DNA from: Lophium mytilinum
Taxonomy: Eukaryota
Length of the DNA: 64,000 nucleotides
Reading direction: 5' to 3'
NCBI GenBank assembly: GCA_010093605.1
Contig: MU004181.1
Location: forward strand, 3,782,001-3,846,000
The notes under the pieces: generated by a model
The model's input: only the letters and a program-made list of their open reading frames with translations
What the model was told of the DNA's origin: nothing
Databases searched by the model: none
In this document: positions 1 to 12,123 of the stretch, one piece after another
Layout: each line of letters begins with the position of its first letter
Position numbering within the stretch: position 1 is the stretch's first letter
Position numbers and translations under genes: made by a program

Positions 1-160
1 GTGAGGGGTGTGAGCAGAGAAGCGCAGTGGATAGTGCTCGATGTAGATCGTGCAATGCTGCATATTGAATGCGAAGACTATCTTCACCATTATCTTGAGG
101 CCGTGCCGCATTTCATCTTCATGTACGCGTGATCGTTAAGTCAAGGGTGGGGAGCTGCGC

Positions 161-1432
161 TTAGCACACATCCTCCACCTCTACCGCCTCGCCGCTTCGC
201 GGTCCTATATCTGAGCGTAGGACGCGGCCGAAGAGCTCGGTCAGCATGTTGAAGCAGATGCCCGCGATCGGGGGGTCGTAGCGGCCTTTGCTTAGTTCGT
301 CGCGGATGAAGGCATCTGTAGTCATGTATCGTCAGCATGAGTGACAGAGAGTAGCCGTCGAAGTGATAACGGCATGAAAGACTTGGGATAGGGTTTGCTT
401 ACGCTGTGCCCATGCCACCTCGTAGAAGGAGAACGTCAAGCCAGCGTCGTGGAGCGTCTTGCGGATGAGATCGCGACCAGCGGGTGGGACGTGGTTGTCT
501 AGTTTGCCAAAGATCTGTAGGGTCACGCTCATCAGTATCGGTTCACATTACATGCCTCATATAACACTTTTGAGAGTAGTAGTCTCGGCTCACCATCACC
601 AGTTCCCCCTTGATGTCCCCAGCACGCGCCAAACTGTCGTCGTTCTTCCCCGCACCTAGACTCTTCGAGTGCATGTCCGTCGCGAAGTAACACACCGCGG
701 CAGAGACTCTCTTGTCTAGTGCAGCGCGGTACGCGAGGTGGCCGCCTAGGCACATACCTGCAGCGCCGATGCGGCCGGTGCAGGTCGGAAGGGAGACGAG
801 ATGGTCGATGCTGAGGGTCGCATCTTCGTCGTACGCGGAGACTTTCTTCTTGATCTTCCACTCGTTGCCGGCATCTGTACCGGGGCCGTCGTAGGCGAGG
901 GCTTCCGGGCCTGTGAACTCGTGGTAGGAGGAGGGTGCTACGGCGATGTAGCCTTGGCCAGCGATTTGGCGGCAGAAGCGTGCGACGGGGCCGGTGACTA
1001 GAGAGGGGCGTGAGGTCAGGTTGTGATGGAAGATGTAGCGAACGAGATGTGATCTTCCTTTAAAAGTGGAATTTGAGAAATGGAAAGGAGTTCTTATGAA
1101 TACTTTAATGCTGACAGACAGGAAAGTTATAGTGCGAGATGTATACTGTCACGTAAACTAAGAGTGGTGGATCTTGTAATACTCTTCTTTTCGATATAGA
1201 CAAGGAGGGAGGAGACATAGAAGAGAACTCGGAACTACCTCATACCTTGATAGATCTCACTGAAGACAACGACTCCTGGGAATTTAGCCTTTGGGTAGTT
1301 TGCAATTGTTGGATGGAACACGAAAAGCCCTAGTCATTTTCAGAAAGACACGGAATGTCACGGATGAATCGGCCTACGCATATCCCCTCCAGCCTGGGTG
1401 GCAATATCGACGTGTGACTCTTGAATAAGCAT
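161..1432 (-). CDS. Dienelactone hydrolase family protein (5 exons)
   Basis: Spliced translation: MLIQESHVDIATQAGGDM..., FSEIYQ/VTGPVARFCRQIAG, nucleophile motif GMCLGG, C-terminal HAFIRDELSKGRYDP...VEDVC*. GT-AG introns; stop at 161-163. Confidence 0.9.
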
Positions 1433-2415
1433 CTTGATATAGCCTTCCTGTTCCTTATTTTGAAAGTTGAGCTGGCGGAGGAGCAGAGACGAAGCTTGTG
1501 GTGAAATTGAGACGATGTCTAAAGCGGAAGTGGAGCTACGGTGGACGATGAGAGCCAACCTTCTTTTCAGTAGAACTAGGCGCGCCCCTCCGTGCCCTTC
1601 TGCAACTCAGACGTCAGATCTAACTCCGCACAAAGCCATACCGGGCGTCCTTTAATCTCAGAATACGTGAGGAGATGAGAGCTAATAACAAGCGTATCAT
1701 CCGCAATCTCCGTCTCGCAGAGGATTATGACAAAGTTCCTTGGTATGCGTGCAATGCACCCCTTCAGTCAGGTCAGTTTTGACCCATTCAGAACACACGA
1801 AACAGTGTCGATTCTAAGAACAGCATCTTTGACATCTGGACATGTTTGTAGGCCCCCAAAATGGCTAGCACAGGGGCCAAAGTCAGCCGCCCTGCAGCTC
1901 GCTCCTCAAGCTCACGATGGCTTAGGCCGCCCTTCAGCCGCACATGCTAACAGCACCGGCTTCACGCCACTATATGAGAGGATCTCCGGTCCCCTTCCTT
2001 TCCCCACCTCTTCCTCAATTCTTCTTGGCTCTATGAACATAGCTTTCGCGAGTTGGTAACACTGTGGCGCTGCCTATCTTTCTTGTGGCTTGACTCATCC
2101 CTTACAGCGAATTCCTGTCGAGGTGAGTCAAGATTGTTGCTGGATTGTTGCCTGGACATTTGATGACGCGGGAGTAGTATAAAGAGTCTACGATTTCTCA
2201 AATGTTGAAATCAGAAAGAGAAGATCAATCGAACAACATTCGTCTCCGTTCGCATATCCTCAATACGACCAATTGAACCTTCGAGAGTGCTCTCATCCTC
2301 AATCTACTACCCCAGAACCGTCCATTATACTTTCAATAGTCCTTGTGTCCTCAGTCTACTGCACATACTCGCCACTTAAGCTTGAAGAGACAGTCCTGTC
2401 ATCCCCAAAGCAATC

Positions 2416-5400
2416 ATGGAATCCACCGAGAAAGAGATATACGATCTCCTCATCCTTGTAGACGCAACTTATTCTATGGTACGTGAGGTCCCAGTACACA
2501 TATTACAATCCTTTGGTTTCATCATTCCTGGAGCGTGTTGTAACATCGAAACGCGGTTGTGCACCTATGCTTGCCGGGCATGCAAAAGGTGGCACTCGTA
2601 TTCATACTTAGAAGCCGCGATGGATGCGTACTCATGTATGGCACTGCCTGGGGTCCTTCAATGCATTTTCAGAGTCCTAAATGGGATATAAACTGTTCAT
2701 TTTGGGCCATTCGAAAAGTCGTTGAAGCACTTCAAGCAGTGGCAGACAGATGTACAGGAGACAGCATGCTTGAAGATCGCGCCACTCTTTTCATCCCAGC
2801 GTGATACATGAGCCGCTTCGGGCACTATTTTGCCAGAAGATCTAGTATCTTTTCTTGACTCCCGTCCCCCTCACGTTCCCCCTGCCGCTCTTTGCGAAAA
2901 TATGCTAACATGCGTCCTACTACCTCCAGAGCGATTACCTCGAATCATTGCAATTGTCTTTGCCAAAGGTCATTGCCATCTCTACCCTGACCGATTGCTT
3001 TGCTCGCATTGGTCTCTTAGCGTACCGCGATTACTGTGATACAAAGCTGCTAGAGTGGTCAGGCTGGCTTGAGCCTTCGGCAAGTGACAAAGAATCTCAG
3101 CCAGACCTCATCTCGCTAGCAAAGTCACTAGACCCTCTCGGGGGTGGCGACTATGCTGAAGCGACCAAGACCGGGTTGGCGAAGGCGTACGAGGTGATGA
3201 GACCAGAGGCGACGACCATTATTCTTGTCTACACGGATGCTCCCCCGCACTCGCTGGTCAATGGATCCATGACTGAGGAATGGTCTAATCTTGGCAAAGA
3301 GAAGAAGGCGCTCAGCGATCCGGCGTCATATGGCGGATATGGTCCTCTGTTCAATGACTGGGTATCTGCGAGCAAGACCCTCCACTCTGGGGAGAAGAAG
3401 GCCCAGGTCTTCTGCATTCTGGAACCGTCGATGGCTTGGCAGTACGTCGGCCATTACAACTATCTCTCTGCCATTACTCGCGGTGCATGCCTCTATCTCA
3501 AAAACTCTAAGCCCCTCAGCATTTCAGAAGTGACTGTGGAAATGCTTCTCGCGTGGATGGGTGTCGAAAAGGCCGGAGTAAGCGGAGCACCCCAAACGCT
3601 CTCTGCGTCGCTGTCGCGATACATCGATGTTAGTGCCATCAAGAAGGCCAAGCACGAAACCGATCCCGCGGCAGATACGTACTTCGCCGCCACCAAGAAG
3701 GAGGCAGATGCCAAGAAGCTGATTATGAAGAACATCACGGAAGTCCAGCTTACCACCGAGATTCTCAAGAAACATTTGCCTAAGAAGAAGACTCCGGTAC
3801 AGGACTTTGCGAAGCGATACAATACTGACGAAGCGTACAAAGCTGTGGCTGTGGAGCATCTTACGAAGATCATCAATGAAGACGTTTCGGCTGTATCACT
3901 TAACCCGGTGTTTGGAAGCCTCTGGCGTGCGGTTTGCAACGACAGAAACAACAAAGCTCGGGATGGATTGATATCCGCATTCGGCCTCCAGGTTGAGAGG
4001 ATAGCTAATGCAGAGGAAAAAGCTCGCATGAAGACTTGGCTTGAGGAGTCTTACGATTATACAGCCGAGGTTCTAGAAGCAATTGAATCCGTTCCTAAGG
4101 AACAGCGATTCCCATGTGTTTATCTCGATCCTACGTTGGCCTTTGTTAAACCTACCCTCGATGGAGATGCCGACGTCGAAGACGAAGATGATCGCCCTAT
4201 TACTCAATTTCGTCGCGACGAACTCCTCGAAATTGGAAGGTCATGCGATTACAAGATACTTCGACGTCTCGGGAGGGTCCTCACCCGTCTCTCCTTCGTG
4301 GAATCTGCTAGTGATTTTCCAGCCCATATCGTGGGCACCAGCGACGAAGATGTTCCAAAAATTCCGATGGCGCTTGCCAGTCAAGAGCATGGGCGCAAAT
4401 TTTGGAGAATCTTACTCCATATCGTTGTCCCTGGAACGATGCTGGCGGCTCGCCCATCTGCGCTTCTAGCTGCTCTCAGTATCCGATTGGGTGTACAGCC
4501 ACTGTTCAAGGCTGCGGACACGGAGATGCTGATTTGGAAGGAAAAGTGGAACAACCTCGAGATCCCAGAGACATGGAATGTCAGCTGCCTTTCACTTCTG
4601 CTGGATGCCGACCAGGAGTATCGACAGAGAATGGGTACGGAAGGAGGCACCACTAAATCAAAGCTCTTAAAAGAGAGTGATCGAGCACTTTTCGAGCGAC
4701 TCGTCGAATACAAGATGCTGGAGCTTAATCTCAATACTCATTTGTCAGCTCTTATTGGTTGGACACCGGAAAAGACATCTGTATCTATCGGTCCCGTTGT
4801 CACTTGTCGATCCTGCAAATATCCCCGCTCCGTATCCGTCATGGGGAAGAATAGCCAATGCGGGCCATGCTCTGCACACGACTATAAGGACGCCAAGGAA
4901 AAAGAGGCCTACATCAACTGCCGAGTAACGAAATCAGACGATGAGAACACTCAGGCCTCATGGGTTGAATGTTTCAATCGTGAGTGCCGTGCTCAATACG
5001 TCGTTTACAACGTAGATGCATTGAACGTCCGTGCGAAGTGCCATTACTGTCGGGCTCCAAATATGGGCAGTGCTCCCGTGCTCGAATGCACTCAGTGTTT
5101 CAACCGCGTCATCTACCCAGAGGAATATCGCCCATCTACTTTGGCCAAAAACGACTTCAAATGCTACGCGTGCGTATCCAAGCGCACTACGATTGTCGCT
5201 GTAGAGACCAATGCGAACAAAATCTGCCAAGAAACCGACAAATCCTTCTGGCTTCTCAAGAACACGTCAAATAAGATTGCCGATCCCTTTAATGGGCGCT
5301 CTCTTTTTCATACCATCACTGCTTCTGGTACCGCAGACTTTGCTAAGCTTGTCACTCTTTTCCCGAGCCAGCCTTATGCCCAGCTTAGACTCAAGGGCAA

Positions 5401-6202
5401 GCTAATCCACAACGCACCAGACCTAGTCAAGCATCTTCAATCTTTCATCTCTCGCCGCCGCACTGAATCAGTCCCGTGCTCTCTATGCTTCAGCAACTTC
5501 CGCCACACCGCGCTTCGCCCCGCATGTGGCCGCTCAGGGTGTACTCAACGCATCTGTGGCGACTGCCTCCAGTCATGGTACGGTCTCAATGGCTCAGGCC
5601 GCATCATCAACACCGCCGCTCTGTTCTGCCCATTCTGCCGACGTGCTCCGGCTGCAAGGACGCTCAATGCCTATGGCCAGGGCATCCACGCCGTTGGTGG
5701 GCTGAAGACGGCAGTCGAGGAGCGCGGGCAATGGATCCACGCCTGGTGCGTTGAATGCGGCCACGCACGCCGGTATGTGGAGAGAGTATGCGCGCGAGGC
5801 GCACCTGCCGAAGTAAAAGATTGGCAGTGTGAAGACTGCATCCGCTACATCGAAGCGATGAATTCCGCAAACGAGAACGCCATCAACGAGCTTCTAGAGC
5901 AGCAAGATCTTGAGGATGACGAGCACCATCGTACTCGGCGCCGCGGCGGTAATCGTGCTCAGAGAGCTATTCGGGAGGGATACACGCGCCACACGATAGG
6001 GGGATCGAGGGTGGTTATCAAGAAGTGCCCAAAGTGTGGGGTGGACAGCCAGAAGGACAGTGGGTGCAATCATGTCATGTGTCCGGTCCGAGGCTGCCAA
6101 ACGCATTGGTGCTGGGAGTGTGGGGGGGCGTTTGATGAGGACGAGATTTATGATCATATGGCGGAGGATCATGATGGGATGTTTGGGCATTATGATGATT
6201 AA
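2416..6202 (+). CDS. VWA domain + multiple Zn-ribbon + RING/IBR-like/Rcat (RBR/ariadne-type) E3 ligase-like protein, ~1111 aa, mimivirus R811-like architecture
   Basis: Exon 1 2416-2478 (MESTEKEIYDLLILVDATYSM), intron 2479-2929 (GTACGT..GCTAAC..CAG), exon 2 2930-6202 in frame. VWA motifs DATYS, GGGDYAE, TDAPPH; many CxxC pairs; RING CSLC..CPFC; Rcat CPKC..GCNHVMC..HWCWEC. Confidence 0.85.
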
Positions 6203-6415
6203 GGGTGATTGAGAGCGCATTTGAGATGTATGAGAAGATTCGAAGTAGATCCGGAACGCTGGAGGTCTACAGACTCATGTCTAGTCCTTGTATCATGTTG
6301 GCATGACTGCTTGGTAGTTAGGATGCTTGAACCTACGTTAAGTTTAGCCTCCATCGACACACCCTCTCTTACAGCCCCGTCTCTCTTCCCATTCAACCTA
6401 TAAAATCCCCTCAGC

Positions 6416-6946
6416 TTACTCCCCTCCACAAAACTTTGACACCTCAAATGGCCTCGGCTGCAAAGCCAAATCCGCACTCTCCATATTCGCATTCCCAAAC
6501 TCCATCACCTCCCTCTCCAGCGCAGCCACATCATCGCACTTGAGCACCTTCTTCCCGTCCGCCTCTCCCGTAAGCTCCCCTAGCACCTTCAGGAGCCAAG
6601 TGCGGCATGTAACATCCAAGTCATTCAGCCGCTCATCGAATTGACGGATGGTCTTGTCAGCGTGCTCACGAGCAGCGAGGTCGGCGATCGTCGCGATCTG
6701 GAAGAGCCCAACGAGAAACGTTTCGTGAAAGACGCCGCGGGTGTCTTGGTGTGCGGCGATCCAGGTACCAGCGCTGCCAGTGATGTGGTACTTGGTGCCG
6801 CCGGCGTCTTTGTTGTTGTGTACGTAGAGTGCCCAGTGGAAGTTGAAGGCTTCGGGGGGCGAGGCACGGTTGAAGAGGAGCATGTAGACACCGCCGTCTT
6901 CGAGGACGTCGAGTGGGTGGGGCTTTGGTCTGGCTATGGAAGACAT
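6416..6946 (-). CDS. DUF6540-like protein with permuted papain-like His...Cys motifs, 176 aa
   Basis: Intronless ORF with FHWALYV, KYHI and TCRTW motifs, the pattern of small fungal His/His/Cys proteins. Confidence 0.65.
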   Translation of the reverse strand: MSSIARPKPHPLDVLEDGGVYMLLFNRASPPEAFNFHWALYVHNNKDAGGTKYHITGSAGTWIAAHQDTRGVFHETFLVGLFQIATIADLAAREHADKTIRQFDERLNDLDVTCRTWLLKVLGELTGEADGKKVLKCDDVAALEREVMEFGNANMESADLALQPRPFEVSKFCGGE

Positions 6947-7493
6947 AATGGAGATGAGTCCGTGGAAAGAGATGTGCTCGATTTGGAAAGGCTAGGGTTA
7001 TACTTGGAACATCGGGTGATGCTAAGACTTTTATGTGAATGACTCCCAAATTCGACCTCTCACCAAATGAAGAGTTGAACAGCATCAGATGCTATAGTAA
7101 GACTATTGGTATTCATCTACCAGAATGCACACTGCGAGACAGCACCCCGACGCCAACAGTGAGTTACCCATTGCTTGGAAAAGGGGACATATTGGCTCCA
7201 CCAAGCGGATCTAAATTATTTTTGATGATCATGTTCTGACGATACGTTGAAATGGAACAGCACAGTGTCTCGATATAGATATGTGTGGGCTTTTCTTTCT
7301 ACTGCTCACGATGATTTTCAGTATGACGATAGAGTCTAGCATTCCAAACAGCTGTGTAAACTCGCGAGACAGTGATACAGGATTGCTTACTAACTAATAA
7401 CTGGCCTGTGCACCGTCAATCTTCCCTTCAAGTCTCTCCACGCCGCTCTTACAAAGGGTACCTTTGTACCTTCGAAGTTCTTCGAGAGATAAA

Positions 7494-8408
7494 ATGACAA
7501 CCCTTGCCACACTCCCTGCGGAATTGCGACAGCAAATCGTCTTGAACAGCATAAATTACGAATTTCAGGAAATACCTAATTCGCTAAACATAGCAGCCTT
7601 GCTAGCCCTCGAGAGCCCCTCTCCCAAACCAAAATCCCGCGTCCATACTCCACTCAGCGGCGTCTGCAAAATTCTCCAAGAGGACATCCAGGAGGTGCTC
7701 CGCCGTTGGCCTGACGCCAAAACGGGTTCCTTTAGCCCAGTTGAGACGCCATAGGACTTGCGTTGCTTGCATCTTGTCAATAATTATTTCGCACAGCGTG
7801 CAACAACCTTGAACCGCGCATGGCCTGGTATTCAGGAAATGCAAAGCCAACTGTTTGACCATCGAAAAAACTATGAAGCTTATGACAACTTGGAAAGACT
7901 CGACATGGGCCTGGCAAATCTGTGTATCCTAAAGGAGTGGGGCTATCGCTTTGAAGGACGGATCCCTACAAGCGTCAAGGTTCTGAAAATCGACCTCACG
8001 ATCCCTTCGGGAGCTTTGAAAATTCTGGAAGAATGTGGTCGAGGAGGTGCTCACGTGCCGAGACAAGAGCGAATTGAATTGCAGGGGCATTTTTGGTATT
8101 ATCTTATTGACCAAATCGTGCATACGCTCAGCAACGTTATACGGGGCATGGACTTGCTATTGTCTGCCGACGAAATAGTTCACGCTGCGCCAGGCTTAGA
8201 GAACTTGGTACTTGAGACCATCGGATTGGCTCCTGAGAACCAGGTGAATGCCATGGCTCATGCGAGCGAGGGAGTGAGGCAAAAGTGGGAAACCGAGAAT
8301 ATCATATTTCCATGCAATAGTTTCGCCTTTTCCAAGATCGTCCTCACTTTGTCTGATTTCACGAGGCAGGTCAAGGCAAAACGGGTGGAGCTAGGGCTAG
8401 AGATATAG
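7494..8408 (+). pseudogene. F-box-like protein gene with one in-frame TAG at 7752-7754
   Basis: N-terminus MTTLATLPAELRQQIV is F-box-like. ORFs 7464-7754 and 7758-8408 are in the same frame, separated only by TAG-GAC; no intron seen around the stop. Confidence 0.6.
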
Positions 8409-8984
8409 AGACTCTATGAGTTGAACATAAAGCGGCAGCTCGACACTGTTCGCGGGCCACTTTCAGCCTAGTCAATATTGTCCTTTTCTGATCTTTCATA
8501 TTGTACTACAAGACCTCAGATGGTACTAGGCTAGTGTATGAAAAGCCCAGAGGGCGTGTGTTGCTCAAGTATTTCGTTGTAATTCTTATCCCTCGAAGAA
8601 CCTCGCTTGGAAGATGGAATACCGCCACAATACTATAATATATATATAATCTTCAAACCTTGTTTGCTCTCGCTGTCAAGACGTCCCTGCAAATCCTAAT
8701 CGCAACAGCAGGCCATTACCCCGTTCCCCTCCACTTCAACAAGGCCCGTCAACTGATTCATGTCTCCACCTTCACCCACGGTTCCCATCTCAGAACCAAC
8801 ATCTTCACTTGCAGCACTCTACCATGGAAAAGCCTACCATCAGAGCGCGCGCTTCTTTAAAGTTCTCTCTGCGGCCATTCCAGCTCTCTTCCTCTCGACA
8901 TACTGCACACCACACATTTCCCCAAAACTTACCCACAAGCTACTTCGAGACACGCAACGAACGACGCAGACAAAACCTCACGAA

Positions 8985-9380
8985 ATGGCCTTTATAACCA
9001 CGACCACGACTACGACCAATACCTACCATGTCCTCGCCATGGCCGTCAGCCATCTCCCTCCCTCGAGCCTCAACACTAACCCTAACACCAAAAACCCTAT
9101 GGTCTCACGCCCAGCCTCTCCCACGAAAAGAACCCAGTTCCTGGACTCATACAACCACGCGGAGACACCCAAGGAACACGACCGCGACTCATTCCACCCC
9201 ACCAACCATCACATCCGCTTTATTCAGCCCGAGATCGTGAAATACCCCACACCGGGGAAGGATGCACGTTGGGTGGGCAAGCTATTCAGCGGATCGCACC
9301 TGTCGTGGGCCGAGAAGGTCGAGAGGGCGAGGAAGAAGGATGGGAAGATGGGGAAGGGTAACAGATTGCGGGATTTTTAG
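8985..9380 (+). CDS. Possible small hypothetical protein (start uncertain: 8760, 8985 or 9099)
   Basis: Open frame 8760-9380 with a coding-like 3' half (RFIQPEIVKYPTPGKDARWVGKLFSG); TATA-like run at ~8635; no recognisable domain. Confidence 0.35.
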   Translation: MAFITTTTTTTNTYHVLAMAVSHLPPSSLNTNPNTKNPMVSRPASPTKRTQFLDSYNHAETPKEHDRDSFHPTNHHIRFIQPEIVKYPTPGKDARWVGKLFSGSHLSWAEKVERARKKDGKMGKGNRLRDF

Positions 9381-9992
9381 GAAATGTACCTGGGCGCGCT
9401 TGTGTTCGGTATATTCGGTGATCTTGAGTTTAATATTAGTGGATTTTAGTCGGGGTATGTCCGGAGGGAGGGGGGGAGGGCGGCGTTTATTGTCATCTTA
9501 GCTAGGTATCGCGAGCAGAAGTGGGAGGAGGCACAACAATCCAGAGAAAAAGCACCATATCAGAACAAATCTTTCGAATTATAAACCTACACACTCATGC
9601 CACCAGTCTCACCTCGGTTCCACATCACAAACTTCACTCTTCCGCACCGGAAATCATGAACCGGAGAAAAACCACGATACACACAGGTATATGAACAAGC
9701 AACACGAAAAAAGGTCCCTTGTGAAAATGCAGTCGAGAACAACAACAAAACACACTCCACAACCATTGGAAAAAGATGACGAGAAGGGCCAACGACGGGG
9801 AAGACATGATGTAGGTACAAACCGCAAAGGAGATATAGGTATCCACGTCAATCCATACATGACACATCACCGCCGCTTCTTCTCCGGGTACTAAGCATTA
9901 GGTATACACGACCGCCCTCCGCCGCATCCAATCTATCACGATCAACCTTTCCAATCCAAAGGCTCATGCCACCGTTGTACTTTGTTCGTCCC

Positions 9993-12123
9993 TTACTTGT
10001 CGTGGTGGAACTTCTCCTTCAGCTTGCCGAAGAACGATAGCCGGTTCTTCTTCTTCTGCTTCTTGTCGCTGGCGACGCTCTCCGGGGTACCGACGGCAGA
10101 GGCCTCTCCGTTCTTCTTCGGCGTCTCTGGGGTGCTCTTAGCCGCAACCTTGCTGGACTCGACGCCAGTAGTGACAACTGGGGTGCTTTCCGCCGTCGTG
10201 GGTTGCTTGGACATGGGCGAAATGTCGCGCGAATCGACTGCTTTGGGTTCTTCAACAGCGGCTTTCGGCGCTTCAACAACAGCGGCTTTCGGCGCTTCAA
10301 CAACTGCGGCTTTCGGCGCTTCAACGACTGCGGCCGCACCAGGCGCGGTTGCACTCGTCTCGGCAGTCACCGTGGGAGCGGGTTCGCCGGCTTCGTTGGT
10401 GGGCTTGATCTCTTTCAGCAGCTCCTGCTCTACTTCCTTCTTCTCTTCGACGGCTACCGGATTAGCAGCGGCCTCTGGGGCAACTTCTGCCTCTTTCTGG
10501 CTTTCGGCGACAACGGCAGGCACTTCGGGGGCAGCCTCACTGGCTGCGGCAGCTACGGCAGGAGCGGGTTCACCGGTTGCGTTGGTGGTCTTGATCTCAC
10601 TCAACAGTTCCTGCTCTACTTCCTTCTTCTCTTCGACAGCTACTGGGTTAGCAGTGGCCTCCGGTCCAACGTCCGCTTTTATCTGGCTCTCGGTGACGAC
10701 CTCAGGCACTTCGGAGGTGGTGGCAGTCGCGGCAGGCGAGCCGTTAAGGCCGAAGATACGAGCAGCAGTGTCCTTGGCCGAGTAGGTGGCTCCAGCGAAA
10801 GCAGCAGCTCCACCAGCCGCAACACCACCAGCAATGGCAGCAGCCTTCCCAATGCCAGAGGTGCTCTCGGCCGCGGGAGGCTCCTCGGGGACCTTGGCCT
10901 TCAATTCCTCTTCAACCTCCCTCTTCTCGAGCACTGCTTCGGAGTTCGCGGATGCTTCAGGGCTGAAGTTTGCCTCTTGTTGACTCTCGGTAACGACCTC
11001 TGGGACACCCTTCGGCTCCAGAGGAACTGCGCCTGCAAGCGCGGCAGTTGAGCTAAGAGGAGCGGCCGATTGGATGGTATAGCCTGGGTCTGTCTCAGCC
11101 GCTGTGCCTGCTCCCATTGGCAGGCTAGACTCCGGAATCATTGTGCCGCCGATTGGCGGGATCCCAAACATACCTCCCTTGGTCTCGCGCTCAGCCTCGG
11201 GGGTAACGACAGGACCTAGTTGCGGCGGGGCCGCGTCTGACGCTTCGTAGGACTTCTCGTCAGTCTTAGCGGTGCTTGAAATGGTGTTGGACGTCAGCGT
11301 GCTTGGATCTGGGACCTTCTCGCCAGGAGCTAGGTGAATTGGGTTGCCAGCGCCGGCAGTCGCGGGTATCGGGTTGACGCCGAACGCCTTCTCCTCAGGC
11401 TCGTCATCTTTGACAGTCGATTGTATAGTGTTGTTTGTGAGGGTGCTCGGGTCGGGCACCTTCTCGCCGGGTGCTAGGTGAACAGGGTTCCCAAGGCCTT
11501 CAGTAGCAGGTATGGGGTTCACGGAGAAAGCGTTGGGCTCCGTTGCTGGCGTCTCGGGGAACGCGCCAGGCAAATGCGAGGCCTCCTCCTTGGGAACAGC
11601 TCCAGCCATTGCAGCAGTGGATGCGGCGGGGGCGGCTGAAGAAAGGGTGTGGACAGGTGTTTCTTTGATGTCGTGTGGGAGGAGGATGTTGTTGTAGTTT
11701 GGTCCGTCGTATTCGCCGGGCGCAGTGTCGTTGGTCACCCAATTGCCGTCGACGACGAACTTGGAGCGCAGTGTCAGCGGGAGAGGGCAGGAGAGGACAG
11801 AAAGATGGTGTTGGAGGGGTGGGAAGGCAACCACGGGTCGACGACGGCAAGCAGGTTTATTTGCGGGGGTCGCGCCAGGAGAGTCAGCACCGGCGAACGA
11901 TGAAAGCACCAACCTTGTATTCGACTTTCTGCTTCGGCAGCTCGACGGTCTTCTTGAAGATGCCGTCCTCTTTCTCCAGCTTGACGCTTTGCTTCCAATC
12001 ATCGAAGGTGCCGGTGACGAACACTTCGTTAGCGTTGTGCTCCCTATAGCGGTTTTGTCAGCGCGGGTAGGCGTGGGCGGCGAGGGCACGCGATGCCTAC
12101 CAAGTAAAGGTATAGCTGCCCAT
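9993..12123 (-). CDS. CBM48 (AMPK glycogen-binding-type) domain protein, Crp1/Mdg1-like, with internal repeats
   Basis: Spliced N-terminus MGSYTFTW-EHNANEVFVTGTFDDWK...YK-FVVDGNW. Acidic repeat-rich middle; basic C-terminus KKKNRLSFFGKLKEKF. Confidence 0.85.

Noticed and set aside
261..280. Suspected frameshift at a G6 run in the dienelactone hydrolase
   Set aside because: Recounting gives YDPPIAGICF in frame.
9982..11051. Long plus-strand ORFs (267 and 282 aa)
   Set aside because: Antisense shadows of the repeat-rich CBM48 gene.
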